Shown in pieces: positions 18,686-28,342 of a DNA stretch of 64,000 nt. The stretch lies in NCBI GenBank assembly GCA_965200315.1, contig OZ241362.1, forward strand, positions 2,048,001 through 2,112,000. Reading direction: 5' to 3'. Under the pieces are notes generated by a model. It was not told the origin of the DNA. It ran no database searches and was given only the letters and a program-made list of their open reading frames with translations. A program made the position numbers and the translations under genes. This DNA is from Candidatus Latescibacterota bacterium. GTDB taxonomy: Bacteria > Latescibacterota > UBA2968 > UBA8231. The stretch's first letter is position 1, and each line of letters begins with the position of its first letter.

Positions 18686-20200
18686 CTATTTCGACCCTTG
18701 CGACAGATTGTCGATTTCATCCATCATGCAACGACAAATCGCCGCGACCGTGAGGTCCACTTCAGCGTCTCGACCGTCGAGTTCCAAATAAGGGATGTGA
18801 TGGCCTATGGCTGTGAGAGGGCTTCCGTCGATCTCTGCCTCAAACGAGAATTTTTCTCCGCCCAGCTTCCAGATAACTGACAGCTTTAAGTTGAAATCAT
18901 GGTTCCCTGTCCCTATGTATCTGTGGAAGCTGTACTCCGCTCCTAGCTCGACTTGTTGCTCGTCGCTAAGTGCAAAGCCCGGCCGTACTAAGTACTTCTT
19001 TGTCTGTTCCCATTGATTGGTTCCGAGTACGCCACCGTATACGCGGCCGCTCCTGCTAGGTACTACGTATTTGTGTATGCTATAATCACTAAACAGCTCG
19101 TAGCCTTGCCGTTCGCATAGCCCGTCCAGCTTTTCGAGCACTGGATTAACATGACGGAAGAATACCTGATCCAGCACTTCAACATCAGAGTTATTCGGTG
19201 CTGGCCCTCTTCTCTTTTGAATAAAGACGTCCATTTCTTTATCCATATCATCGGGTTTGCGAATCGATTCGCCTTTCGCAGCCCGGATCGCCAATTCAAT
19301 CGACCATGAGACGTTTTCCAGCATGAATTGGGCGAGCGGCAACATACGACCTACATCGGCGTTCTGGAGCCCGCTGATATAGCGGTCTCGGTCTTCGCTC
19401 TTGATCACGATAGGCGGCAGATTATTACGAAGCAAAGCGTAATTGGCAAGTAGCCGTGCGGTGCGCCCATTTCCGTCGTCGAATGGATGGATATGGATAA
19501 AACTCCAGTGCGATTCAGCTAGGAACAACGGCAGAGGATAGGCACTCCGCTCCAAGTTACGCCGAAAATCACGAGTCCATTCCTCCATTAATGGGGGCGT
19601 TTCCTCGGGTTCGGCGAAGCGATGGAGTTCTCCAGTCGCCGTCCGCACGTGATTAGTCTGTGTCTTGTATTGGCCCGGAACAATGCGCTTCTGCGTCGGT
19701 TGACCATCCGGCGTCTCCGCGTATTTCAAGAAGGGTTCCTTGAGGATAATTTTGTTTAGCTGTCTTATATCGCTCTCCCCAATAACCTGTTCCTCGCCTG
19801 CGAGCGATCGCGTATAGTCGATCGCAACATCGTGCGCCTTCATTTCCTCGTAGTCCCGCATCGGGTGCCCGCCCGCCGTGCGACCGTGGATGAGCAGCAG
19901 TTCGGTCTCGTGGTAGGTCAGCGTGTTGCCCTCGATATGGTTGCTGTTGTAATTCCATTCGAGTCTGAGTTTTCTCCAGATCCGTTCGTCATCAGCGCTC
20001 TTCATGCCTTCGCGCCGCTCGTGCCATTCCGCAATCGCCGCCTCCAAATCCGCCAAGCGTTCAAAGAGACGAACGTGCTCAATAGTTAGGCTCGGAAGGT
20101 CGATACCTAGCGAGCGAGATTCGGCGATCCAGCGGGCCATTCGCTCTTTGGCTCCGGCGTCGGCTTCGAGCGCAGAAAGCGCATCCAGCACGTTATTCAT
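18686..20200 (-). CDS. fic: Fic family protein (class II-like, N-terminal inhibitory motif)
   Basis: HPFDDGNGRTAR catalytic motif; SNHIEGN motif. Confidence 0.92.
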   Translation of the reverse strand: MNNVLDALSALEADAGAKERMARWIAESRSLGIDLPSLTIEHVRLFERLADLEAAIAEWHERREGMKSADDERIWRKLRLEWNYNSNHIEGNTLTYHETELLLIHGRTAGGHPMRDYEEMKAHDVAIDYTRSLAGEEQVIGESDIRQLNKIILKEPFLKYAETPDGQPTQKRIVPGQYKTQTNHVRTATGELHRFAEPEETPPLMEEWTRDFRRNLERSAYPLPLFLAESHWSFIHIHPFDDGNGRTARLLANYALLRNNLPPIVIKSEDRDRYISGLQNADVGRMLPLAQFMLENVSWSIELAIRAAKGESIRKPDDMDKEMDVFIQKRRGPAPNNSDVEVLDQVFFRHVNPVLEKLDGLCERQGYELFSDYSIHKYVVPSRSGRVYGGVLGTNQWEQTKKYLVRPGFALSDEQQVELGAEYSFHRYIGTGNHDFNLKLSVIWKLGGEKFSFEAEIDGSPLTAIGHHIPYLELDGRDAEVDLTVAAICRCMMDEIDNLSQGSK

Positions 20201-20695
20201 AGATTCAACTCCTTTAGATACCCCTCCAGCTCAGCCTCAGCTTCGGCAAGCTCGGTCTCAAGCTCCACGATCTCCTGGCGCACAGCCGCGATATCCACCT
20301 CCGGCTCCGGCTCGTAAGTATCCACATAGCGGGGAATGTTGAGGTTGAAATCATTCTCGACGATCTTGTCGATGTCCTGCGCCCGGAGCCGGTTCTGGTT
20401 CTTGTCGTCTTGGAACTCCCGGCTGGCGTCAATGAAGAGCACGTGCTTCTCGCGGTCGGTGCCTTAACTCAACCTGGGGCATGACGAAGCGCTCTCGGCT
20501 GAGTGCCCGCTCGTCTCCCTGATGGCGCTCGCGGTACTGTTCTTGCCTGTCTTTCCACAGGTCGGACAGGTACTTAATGAAGAGCATTACCAAGATATAG
20601 TCCTTGTACTGGGTGGGATCGAGCGTCCCGCGAAACGTGTCGCACGCCTGCCAGACGATTTCGTTGATCTCCTGCTGGGCGATACCTGTTGCCAT
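20197..20695 (-). pseudogene. hsdM: Type I R-M methyltransferase, internally deleted
   Basis: N-terminal WQACDTFRG..YKDYILVMLFIKYLSD joined out of frame to C-terminal LFIDASREF..NDFNLNIPRYVD; catalytic core absent. Confidence 0.85.
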
Positions 20696-20865
20696 GCTCT
20701 CTACTCCCTCACTTTTTCGCTTGATGGACTGCATGTTGGCATACCATCTGGATATATTGCTCGCGCTTTTCGTCAAGTTGTCGCCTAATGCATTTTATCT
20801 TGTGCCAGAGCTCCAAGATTCGCTCAATATCGTGCTGCACAGTGAGGGTTGGAACTTTGTCAACA

Positions 20866-20907
20866 TCTTGAGCGTACTGTTGGGATTGGAGCCGACGCAG
20901 CCTTGAG
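20866..20907 (+). repeat. Direct repeat, right copy of SBP 3' end
   Basis: tcttgagcgtactgttgggattggagccgacgcagccttgag. Confidence 0.8.
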
Positions 20908-20920
20908 TGAGAAAAAGAGG

Positions 20921-21381
20921 TTATTTGATGTACAGTAGCGGCTGCCGGTACACTTGAGAGCCGACGCGCAAACGCGCCCAATAGACCCCGGAGGCCACCA
21001 GACGCCCTTGGTCGTTGCGGGCATCCCACCCAGCTAGGTAGCGACCCACCCCCCGGCCGACGGTCAGTTGGCGCACCAATTGGCCATCGACCCCGTAAAA
21101 GGTATGGTATCAAAGCAAATGGCCACTTCGCCGGCGTTGGAGCGATCATTGGCGGGGCCATCGCCAGCTAGGGCCGAAATCACCAGATCGGCGCGCCCGT
21201 CGCCATCGAGATCGCCGGCAGTAATAGGAGTGCCGAATTCGGCATCATTGACGTCCGGGTTGTACACTGTGAACTGGCCCGTCTGAGCGGTATCGGCCAG
21301 ATCCCACACGTGAACTATTTGGGCCGAAACCGGGATGGCTAGACAGCACAGGACCGACGACAGAGTGGCCGCGTATTTCAT
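20921..21381 (-). pseudogene. FG-GAP + FlgD-Ig secreted protein, internally deleted
   Basis: Signal peptide and GDLDGDGRADLVISA, then out of frame YGVDGQLVRQL..WDARNDQGRLVASGVYW..LLYIK*. Confidence 0.75.
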
Positions 21382-21440
21382 AGAAATTCTCCGCGAAAAA
21401 ACTTGGCGAACTACTGAATATGCCAAGGTCAAAAGTTGAA

Positions 21441-21821
21441 TTACCAAACAGCCTGTGAATAAAATGCGCGGATAGCGGAATCCGAAGTGACGAGCGGGCA
21501 GGCATGCAGACTGGCCAGAGCGACAATGGTGCGGTCAGCAGGGTCGCGATGATCCCAGTCAAGTTCGAGATTTTTGATCCAAGTCTGGACGTCTACCGGG
21601 AGAATATAGAGGCGGTCAATTTGTTCCAGTTTATCGGTGAATTCCTCGATGGAAATCGGTATGGAGAGCTGTTCTTTTTTTACTTTAATGCCAATTTCCC
21701 AAATAGAGATCGAACTAAGAGCAATGCGGTCGGCGTCCGCGATCGCTTGTGCTGCGGTTCGAGATAGCCGATCTCGATTTAGCGTCCAGAATACGAGGGC
21801 CGAAGTATCCAAGACGATCAC
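21441..21821 (-). CDS. vapC: PIN-domain toxin VapC
   Basis: VLDTSALVFW, SSISIWEI, HRDPADR, LVTSD; GTG start overlaps the antitoxin stop. Confidence 0.9.
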   Translation of the reverse strand: MIVLDTSALVFWTLNRDRLSRTAAQAIADADRIALSSISIWEIGIKVKKEQLSIPISIEEFTDKLEQIDRLYILPVDVQTWIKNLELDWDHRDPADRTIVALASLHACPLVTSDSAIRAFYSQAVW

Positions 21822-22051
21822 GCCAGCGCTCCCCATTCGTCCGTGGTCGGCGTATTGATGTCTTCTCGATAGACAACTTTGCCCTGAATCGCTCCGAACA
21901 CCTCTTCCACGGTCTTTTTTGTCGCAATCGGCTGAATGCGCAACACAGGGCGATTGTGATCTGTCACCACCCATTCTTCGCCAGTTTCTTCAATCTCGCG
22001 AAAGATGCGAAGCATATTGGCTTTCAATTTACTTTTTGAAATAGAAGGCAT
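21818..22051 (-). CDS. Phd/YefM family antitoxin
   Basis: ISKSKLKANMLRIFREIEETGEEWVVTDHNRPV; coupled to vapC. Confidence 0.85.
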   Translation of the reverse strand: MPSISKSKLKANMLRIFREIEETGEEWVVTDHNRPVLRIQPIATKKTVEEVFGAIQGKVVYREDINTPTTDEWGALA

Positions 22052-22071
22052 TTCCCTTCCTTTTTGATGTA

Positions 22072-22101
22072 TTATGACCATAGTTATGACTATGGTCATA
22101 A
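22072..22101. promoter_or_regulatory. Palindromic operator upstream of phd-vapC
   Basis: ttatgaccatagt-tatg-actatggtcataa, perfect 13-bp arms about 20 bp upstream of the start. Confidence 0.7.
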
Positions 22102-22284
22102 AATGCACAAAACCTCTTTGTTGTCAAGGTCACAGACTGCGACCGATCCGATACCTGCTCATTAGCTGGCTGACGACAAAGGCGCAGAGCAGAGAACATA
22201 TCGTCAGCCAGATCAGCCATTCGATTCCAGCGCGGGGATACTCGACGTACATGCGGCCCCAACCAGAATCGTCTTTTAGAGGCA

Positions 22285-22489
22285 GCGCACGCGGGGCGAA
22301 ATCCTGATTGACGACAAAAAGGTGAGCGCGGAAGAACTGCCGGCTAGGCTGAAGGAACTCTTTCCGCCTGAAGCCGATGTGGAGCGTCGGGTCGTGTTTA
22401 CGGGATCCGGGGAAGTCCCATATCGAGATGTGATCGCCGTACTCGATCTGCTCAAGGAAAACGGCGTCGAAACCATCGGCATCCGTTGA
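22285..22489 (+). pseudogene. ExbD/TolR C-terminal fragment
   Basis: GEILIDDKKVSAEELPARLKELF..VVFTGSGEVPYRDVIAVLDLLKENGVETIGIR*; no N-terminus. Confidence 0.6.
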
Positions 22490-22502
22490 GCCTAACTCGC
22501 AG

Positions 22503-25500
22503 CTAGCGCAACAACACCATCCGCCGCACCAAGACCCCACCCGGCGTCGTCAAACGCGCGATATAGACCCCACTCGCCAGATCGGCTCTGTCAAACCGCA
22601 CCGCATGGCTTCCACCGTCTAGCCCCTCGTTGACCACGACGTCCACCCGTTGCCCTAAGATGTCGAAAACCTCCAACCGCACTGCCATGCGCTCCGGGAG
22701 CATAAAGCGGATATGGACCATCGGGTTAAAGGGATTGGGATAGGGCGGATACAGGATGGGCTGACCGGGCAACGGCCCTTGTGAACTCGACTCGGCATCT
22801 ATTGAGGTGGCCGGGGGACGGGACACCCCCGGGCCTTGGAAATCAATCCAATTGATATTGAACAAGCCGTCGTCCCCCGGATTGCGCAGGAAAATGAAAA
22901 ACAACTCGTGGGTGCCGCCCGGGTCTGCAATAGGTGCCTCTAGGTTGGTGTAAACTTGCCAGGCGCCCGTACCGCTCGTGCGCACCGTGCTAATCGGCGG
23001 CCCCTTCGGCGAATCAACGCGAACTTCGATGCGCCCCCCCAGCCCGGCCGAAGCCACCCGATAGTTGAGCCACTCAATGCCCTCCAGATTCACGGGCGCA
23101 AAGGAAATCCAGTCGCCGTGGGCGATAAAGCCGATATTCTGCCCGCCGCCGGCCTCGTCTCCGGTCGTTTCTAACAGGACTCCGCTCTGGCGCGTATAGT
23201 GCTCGGCTTGCTTGCGCTTGGGTTGCAGAATGTGGCCCCCTCTACCGGTCAAAGGAGCCACCGACTCCGCGCCCAAATCTGTATAGCGCGCCTCGACCGT
23301 ATAAAACAAATCGTCGCCATCGCCGCCGTGCCCGGCCTCGGTCTGAAAGCTACCGCTGCAAGTGCCGTATTCCTCAAGGGGATGGCTGTGCTCATCGTGG
23401 CCGATAAACGCTTGCAATACCACCCGAGCGCAGTCGGCGGTCCCGTCCTCCTCGTCAAAGGCCCGGACTTCAAAATCGACGACTTCTCCCCAGCTAAAAA
23501 AACCGCCATCCGGGGGCCGCACGATCTCCACTTGGGGGACGGTATTGCCAACCGAGATCGGCACTTGCGCCACGCCTTGGTTGCCCTCGGCGTCCGAGAC
23601 CGTTAGCTGGGCAATGTAGTCGCCGCTTACCTCGTAGGTGAAGACGACCTCTAACCCCGTCGCGTCAATCTCGCCATCGCCGGTAAAATCCCAAGCAAAG
23701 TCTAGCACCGAGCCCGGGTCGGGATCAAAGGAATTGCTTCCCGAAAAATGCACTTCCAACGGCGCAGCACCGTTGGTGGGTACCGCTTCAACGCGGGACA
23801 CCGGCGCTCGCGTACCCCGCACGTAGTCAATCCGCACCACGCGGGCGTCGTCGTTGTCGCCCCAAAAACCGCTGCCCCACTCCAACACGTACAGCGAGCC
23901 GTCGGGACCAAACTGCATGGAGATGGGCCGGATGAATTCCATGCCGTCCAAAAAGGGATTGATCTTGAGGATGTGCCCGTCCTCGTCCAACTTGACTTCT
24001 TTAATCCAATTGCTCGCCCACTCGTACATAAAGAGCGTGCCGTCGTAATACGCCGGCAGCTTTTTGCTACCCGCTGCGGCATCATAGTAGTACACCGGGC
24101 CAGCCAGCGCCGTGCGGCCGCTGTCGGCGGTGATTTCGGGAAACGCGGACGAGGGGCCGTACGGATACCAAACCCACGCCGCCTGCGCCGGGGGCAGCGA
24201 TTGCAGGCCCGTGTTATTGGGGGACAGATTCCGCGGTGCCCCGCAATCGAAGGGCATACCGGAGCTTTCGTTGGCAAAATCGTAGTCAACGTAAGCCTCA
24301 TTGTCGCCAATGCAGTAGGGCCAGCCAAAATTGCCCGCCCCCCGCGCCTGGTTCCATTCGTCCAGACCGATCGGCCCCCGCTGGGGGTCGGCTTGGCGGG
24401 CGTCGGGGCCGACATCGCCCCAGTAGAGCCAGCCGCTTTTGCGGTCAATCGACAGCCGGAAGGGGTTGCGCACGCCCATGACGTAAATCTCGGGGCGGCC
24501 TTCTTCGGCCTTGGCGAACAAATTCCCCGGGGGAATACTGTAGCTACCATCATCTTGAGATTTGATGCGCAGGATTTTGCCGCGCAAATCGGCACTATTA
24601 GCTGACGTGCGCTGGGCGTCCCAATCGCTTCGACCCGGACGCTCGTCCAACGGACTGAACCCATCCGAATCAAAGGGGTTGGTATTATCGCCAACGCCGA
24701 TATGCAGATTCCCGTCCGGGCCAAACGCCAGTGCCCCGCCCGAATGGCAGCACGCACGCCGCTGGGTGGGAATCTCCAGCAACACGACTTCGGAATCCAA
24801 AACCAGTTCGTCGCCATCTAACTCAAAGCGGGATACATGCTGCTTGGCCTCTTCGCCGCGTGGCGAGTAAAACAGATAAAGCCAATTGTTGCGGACAAAA
24901 TCTGGGTCTAAGGCAATGCCCAGCAGGCCGTCCTCAAAGTCGGTCGAAACCGCTAGCTGTCCGGCCAAGCGAGTCAATCCGAGGTCGGGCCGATATACGT
25001 TCAACTCCCCCTTGCGCTCGATGAAGAACACGCGCCCGTCGGGAGCCACGGCCAAGTCGATGGGATTTTCAGCCTCGCTGTCGAGGACGACCTTTGCAAA
25101 ATTGGTATCCAACGTGGCCCCGCAATCGGCCACAGTCACTCCAGTGGCGTACTCGATGCCGCCGAGGATATGCTGCATAAACAAAGGCTCGCCGTAGCTT
25201 TCGCGGGTGTGGCCGCCGCCGGTGTACCAAGAGCGGCCGCCTTCGTAGTCGTGGCACCAAGCAATGGGGTGGTCAAAGCCGTGATTGCCGCCTCTGTAGC
25301 TGCCCTCGTCCAAGGTGGCCAAGACGTGAACGCGCCCGCGGGGATTGCGGCGGTAATTGTACCACTCGTCGCGCCGCTGCCAGCGAGCGGACAAATGGCT
25401 GGTGGCCGGATGCACTCGGTCGGCCACTTGGATTTGGGCCTGCTGGATAGCCGGATGGCTGTCGAAATAAGCCCCCACCAAGTCGCCATACCAAGCCCAG

Positions 25501-25856
25501 TCGTACTCGGTATCGGCCGCGGAGTGGATGCCCACAAACCCACCGCCGCCGCGAATGTAGCGCTCGAAAGCTCGCTCTTGCTCAGCGGCCAGTACATCGC
25601 CGGTCGTATTGAGGAAAATCACCGCCCGATACGGCGCCAAGCCCTCGTCGGTGAAACGCTCCGCGTCCTCGGTGGCCTCGACTGCAAAGCCGTTTTCCCG
25701 GCCCAAGGTCTGGACCGCGGCAATGCCGTCGGCAATGGAATCGTGGCGGAAACCAGCGGTTTTGGTAAAGACCAAGACGGCTACATGCTGTTCTGCAAGG
25801 GCCTGCCCACAAAGAGCGGCGCACAACAGCGCAACAGGCCAAAGAGCGGCCGGCAT
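22503..25856 (-). CDS. ThuA + PQQ-dependent sugar dehydrogenase-like + PKD + CBM6 protein with T9SS-A-like tail
   Basis: FTKTAGFRHDSI (ThuA), CCHSGG/GVRNPFR (GSDH), FSGSNSFDPD (PKD), QAEHY..NINW (CBM6), YPNPFNP..LASGVY tail; signal peptide from ATG 25856. Confidence 0.88.
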   Translation of the reverse strand: MPAALWPVALLCAALCGQALAEQHVAVLVFTKTAGFRHDSIADGIAAVQTLGRENGFAVEATEDAERFTDEGLAPYRAVIFLNTTGDVLAAEQERAFERYIRGGGGFVGIHSAADTEYDWAWYGDLVGAYFDSHPAIQQAQIQVADRVHPATSHLSARWQRRDEWYNYRRNPRGRVHVLATLDEGSYRGGNHGFDHPIAWCHDYEGGRSWYTGGGHTRESYGEPLFMQHILGGIEYATGVTVADCGATLDTNFAKVVLDSEAENPIDLAVAPDGRVFFIERKGELNVYRPDLGLTRLAGQLAVSTDFEDGLLGIALDPDFVRNNWLYLFYSPRGEEAKQHVSRFELDGDELVLDSEVVLLEIPTQRRACCHSGGALAFGPDGNLHIGVGDNTNPFDSDGFSPLDERPGRSDWDAQRTSANSADLRGKILRIKSQDDGSYSIPPGNLFAKAEEGRPEIYVMGVRNPFRLSIDRKSGWLYWGDVGPDARQADPQRGPIGLDEWNQARGAGNFGWPYCIGDNEAYVDYDFANESSGMPFDCGAPRNLSPNNTGLQSLPPAQAAWVWYPYGPSSAFPEITADSGRTALAGPVYYYDAAAGSKKLPAYYDGTLFMYEWASNWIKEVKLDEDGHILKINPFLDGMEFIRPISMQFGPDGSLYVLEWGSGFWGDNDDARVVRIDYVRGTRAPVSRVEAVPTNGAAPLEVHFSGSNSFDPDPGSVLDFAWDFTGDGEIDATGLEVVFTYEVSGDYIAQLTVSDAEGNQGVAQVPISVGNTVPQVEIVRPPDGGFFSWGEVVDFEVRAFDEEDGTADCARVVLQAFIGHDEHSHPLEEYGTCSGSFQTEAGHGGDGDDLFYTVEARYTDLGAESVAPLTGRGGHILQPKRKQAEHYTRQSGVLLETTGDEAGGGQNIGFIAHGDWISFAPVNLEGIEWLNYRVASAGLGGRIEVRVDSPKGPPISTVRTSGTGAWQVYTNLEAPIADPGGTHELFFIFLRNPGDDGLFNINWIDFQGPGVSRPPATSIDAESSSQGPLPGQPILYPPYPNPFNPMVHIRFMLPERMAVRLEVFDILGQRVDVVVNEGLDGGSHAVRFDRADLASGVYIARLTTPGGVLVRRMVLLR

Positions 25857-25880
25857 GATTTGCACGATTCGGAATCCTAT

Positions 25881-25907
25881 TCTGCGTCTATCTGCGTCCA
25901 TCTGCGG
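25881..25907. repeat. Short intergenic 10-bp repeat tctgcgtc(t/c)a
   Basis: tctgcgtctatctgcgtccatctgcgg. Confidence 0.55.
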
Positions 25908-25927
25908 ATCATCTCGTACATCTCTTT

Positions 25928-27886
25928 TCAAAACATCCGAATCCTATTCCCGGTCATACCCGTAAACCCATCGACGACCATCCAGAATCCCCCGGCGACG
26001 AACTGTCCCAACACCATGCCGATGAAAAACCACCGCGTCGCCTTGTACCCATTCGGTCCAGTGTACTTCAACACGAGTGCCTTGACCAGCCACGCGAGAA
26101 AAATGCTAAACCAGACGCTGTTGAGGATCCAAGTGCCGCTGGCCAGATAACCTAGCGGGTGGAAGGGCCACCACAAAAGGTGGTGCCGCGCCCAAATCAA
26201 CAGCGCCATAATCGCCGCGCCGACTCCGTTCCACAGCCAGCCGTCCCAATTGGGGCCAGTCGGGTTGAGCGCAAAGTTTTGCGCCACGCGAAACGGCTCC
26301 TTGGCAAACCACGCCCACGAGCCATGGTAGTTGTTGGCTCCGTAGTGGTAGCTCAGCACGAGGATCGTATAAACCCCACCCACGAGGCCAATGGCCATGG
26401 CCAGCCCAATCATCGCGAGGATGCGGCGCTTGTAGCGGCTCAGTCCGTGCAACATGCGAATGCCGTTGGCGCAGGGGGCCATCATAAAGACCAGCAGATC
26501 GCCAGCCCAAGCGAGGGTCATCCCCGTAGCCAGCACCCCGGCCACTCCGAGGGACGAGGAGCCGACGCTGGAGATGAGAAAGCCGCAACCCGACATGCCT
26601 TGGACGGCCGCGGCCAAGCCGGCCTCGACGATCATCCGCGTCAGGGCCAAAAAGATGACAAACGCCCCGAACAGATAGACGAATACCGCCCACAGCGGTA
26701 TCCCAGAGTGCCACAGCCACAGCGACATAACCGCGAGGCCCAGCACAACGCCGAGGATGGCCGTGCGGTACGACATCAGCTCCTCGCCATCGGACCGCCC
26801 CTCCCGCCGCCAGAGATGCTGCACAACGCGCCACAGGTGGATGCGCGCCGTCCACAGCCCCAAAATCACCATGACGATCATCGCGCCCATGGTCTGATGG
26901 CTCAGCAGGCCCATGGTCGGCCCCTCAAAAGTGTGGCTGAAGATGTCGAGATTTTCGGTGCTCAAGATGCCGATGCGGGTGAAGAGCACCTCCTCGGCTT
27001 TGACCAACAAGTAGAAGAACCACAGGCTGAAAGTGATGTTGGCATTGACCAGATAGGCCAGTCCCATCCACATGCAGTCGAAGCGCAAGTAAAACCGCAC
27101 CGCGTCATGGGCCAACGGTATCGAATAAGCAAAATTGATGCGACCGATGAACTCATAGTAGTGGCTCAAGGCATTGACCCCGTGCAGAACAAACGGCACG
27201 GCCAGCCCCAGCCACATCGCGGGATTCTTTAGAAAGGGTTTGACGCGCGAGGGCGTCGCCGCGTCCTCAACCATGCCCAGCGGCACCTGCGTCAGCGGGT
27301 ATAGCAACCGCTCGTGGTCCATCCACTGCCGCCGCAAGATGACCATCGAACACACGACGACCACGTAAAACGCAGCCATAAACAGAAGCCACCACAAAAG
27401 CGGCTCCAACCAAACGCCCCAAGGAATCGCCGCACCTTCCGGCAGGCCCTCGTAAAAACCTTGAATGGCTTGGGCATCGTAGGGAATGAGCCAAGTGGGG
27501 ACGTGCGGGAGGAGCAACTCCTCCCAGTTGTTTTCCGGGCTGGCAAAGTAGAAGATGCCAGTCAGAATCGGCACCGCAATGCTGATGAAACCCCGTGCGG
27601 CAATGGCGGTGGTAATCATCATCATCACTGCAATGCTCAACAGCTCGGCGCGACTAAAAAGCCAGTCCGGCCGCACCAAGCCGAGCAGCGGCTGCACGAG
27701 AGCCACGAGCAAAAATAGCAGAAAAAAGGCGGCTGGCGTCGAGGAATTCAGCCCGAGTTGGGTGCCGTTGAGGACGAACTCCCCGTATGGCAGGCCCACG
27801 GCAATCGCGCCGCACAGCACGGCCCCCACGAGCACAGCGCGTACGCTGATTCCAGCGCGGTCCGCGGATTTCCTCGAAGCGTCCAT
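25928..27886 (-). CDS. Polytopic membrane protein, DUF6785/DUF6784-like (OPT-like putative transporter)
   Basis: About 15 TM segments, RRQWMDHERLLYPL, WWPFHPLGY motifs. Confidence 0.75.
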   Translation of the reverse strand: MDASRKSADRAGISVRAVLVGAVLCGAIAVGLPYGEFVLNGTQLGLNSSTPAAFFLLFLLVALVQPLLGLVRPDWLFSRAELLSIAVMMMITTAIAARGFISIAVPILTGIFYFASPENNWEELLLPHVPTWLIPYDAQAIQGFYEGLPEGAAIPWGVWLEPLLWWLLFMAAFYVVVVCSMVILRRQWMDHERLLYPLTQVPLGMVEDAATPSRVKPFLKNPAMWLGLAVPFVLHGVNALSHYYEFIGRINFAYSIPLAHDAVRFYLRFDCMWMGLAYLVNANITFSLWFFYLLVKAEEVLFTRIGILSTENLDIFSHTFEGPTMGLLSHQTMGAMIVMVILGLWTARIHLWRVVQHLWRREGRSDGEELMSYRTAILGVVLGLAVMSLWLWHSGIPLWAVFVYLFGAFVIFLALTRMIVEAGLAAAVQGMSGCGFLISSVGSSSLGVAGVLATGMTLAWAGDLLVFMMAPCANGIRMLHGLSRYKRRILAMIGLAMAIGLVGGVYTILVLSYHYGANNYHGSWAWFAKEPFRVAQNFALNPTGPNWDGWLWNGVGAAIMALLIWARHHLLWWPFHPLGYLASGTWILNSVWFSIFLAWLVKALVLKYTGPNGYKATRWFFIGMVLGQFVAGGFWMVVDGFTGMTGNRIRMF

Positions 27887-27900
27887 AGAGAGCTGCTCGC

Positions 27901-28158
27901 TCAGCGTAGTGCGACTCGCCGCCCCTCGGCCGCAGCTACCTCAGCACCCAGCCCGGTGCGGATGGCTTCGAGATCCCCATCCAAGTCGGCGCGGTTATGA
28001 GCCAGCAACTCCACCTCGTACCGCTGGGCTAGTTCGGCCCCGGTGCGCGCGTTGCGGGCCGCTAGTGCCGTTAGCTTACAGGCCTCCATGGCCGCAAAGG
28101 CGGCCCGATTTCGGGCCATGCCACCCGCCCCAACCAAACCCAAGCGAATAGCTTCCAT
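27901..28158 (-). pseudogene. Gfo/Idh/MocA oxidoreductase, internally deleted
   Basis: IRLGLVGAGGMA start joined to a C-terminal AAAEGRRVAL in only 85 aa. Confidence 0.65.
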
Positions 28159-28342
28159 TTGCCAAAATTCCTTGCCAAAATTTTCGGATTCCAACTGCCG
28201 TTTAAGTATGTCTCTTGGCCGTCACCGTGTCCACTTGGGCCTGCTTTTAATTTGTGTCGCATAGGTGGCAATTATATATTTAGCCCTATCATTAGCTTGC
28301 AAAGGCTGCAAGTTCGCTCAAACCATTGAAAGGAGAGCAAGC

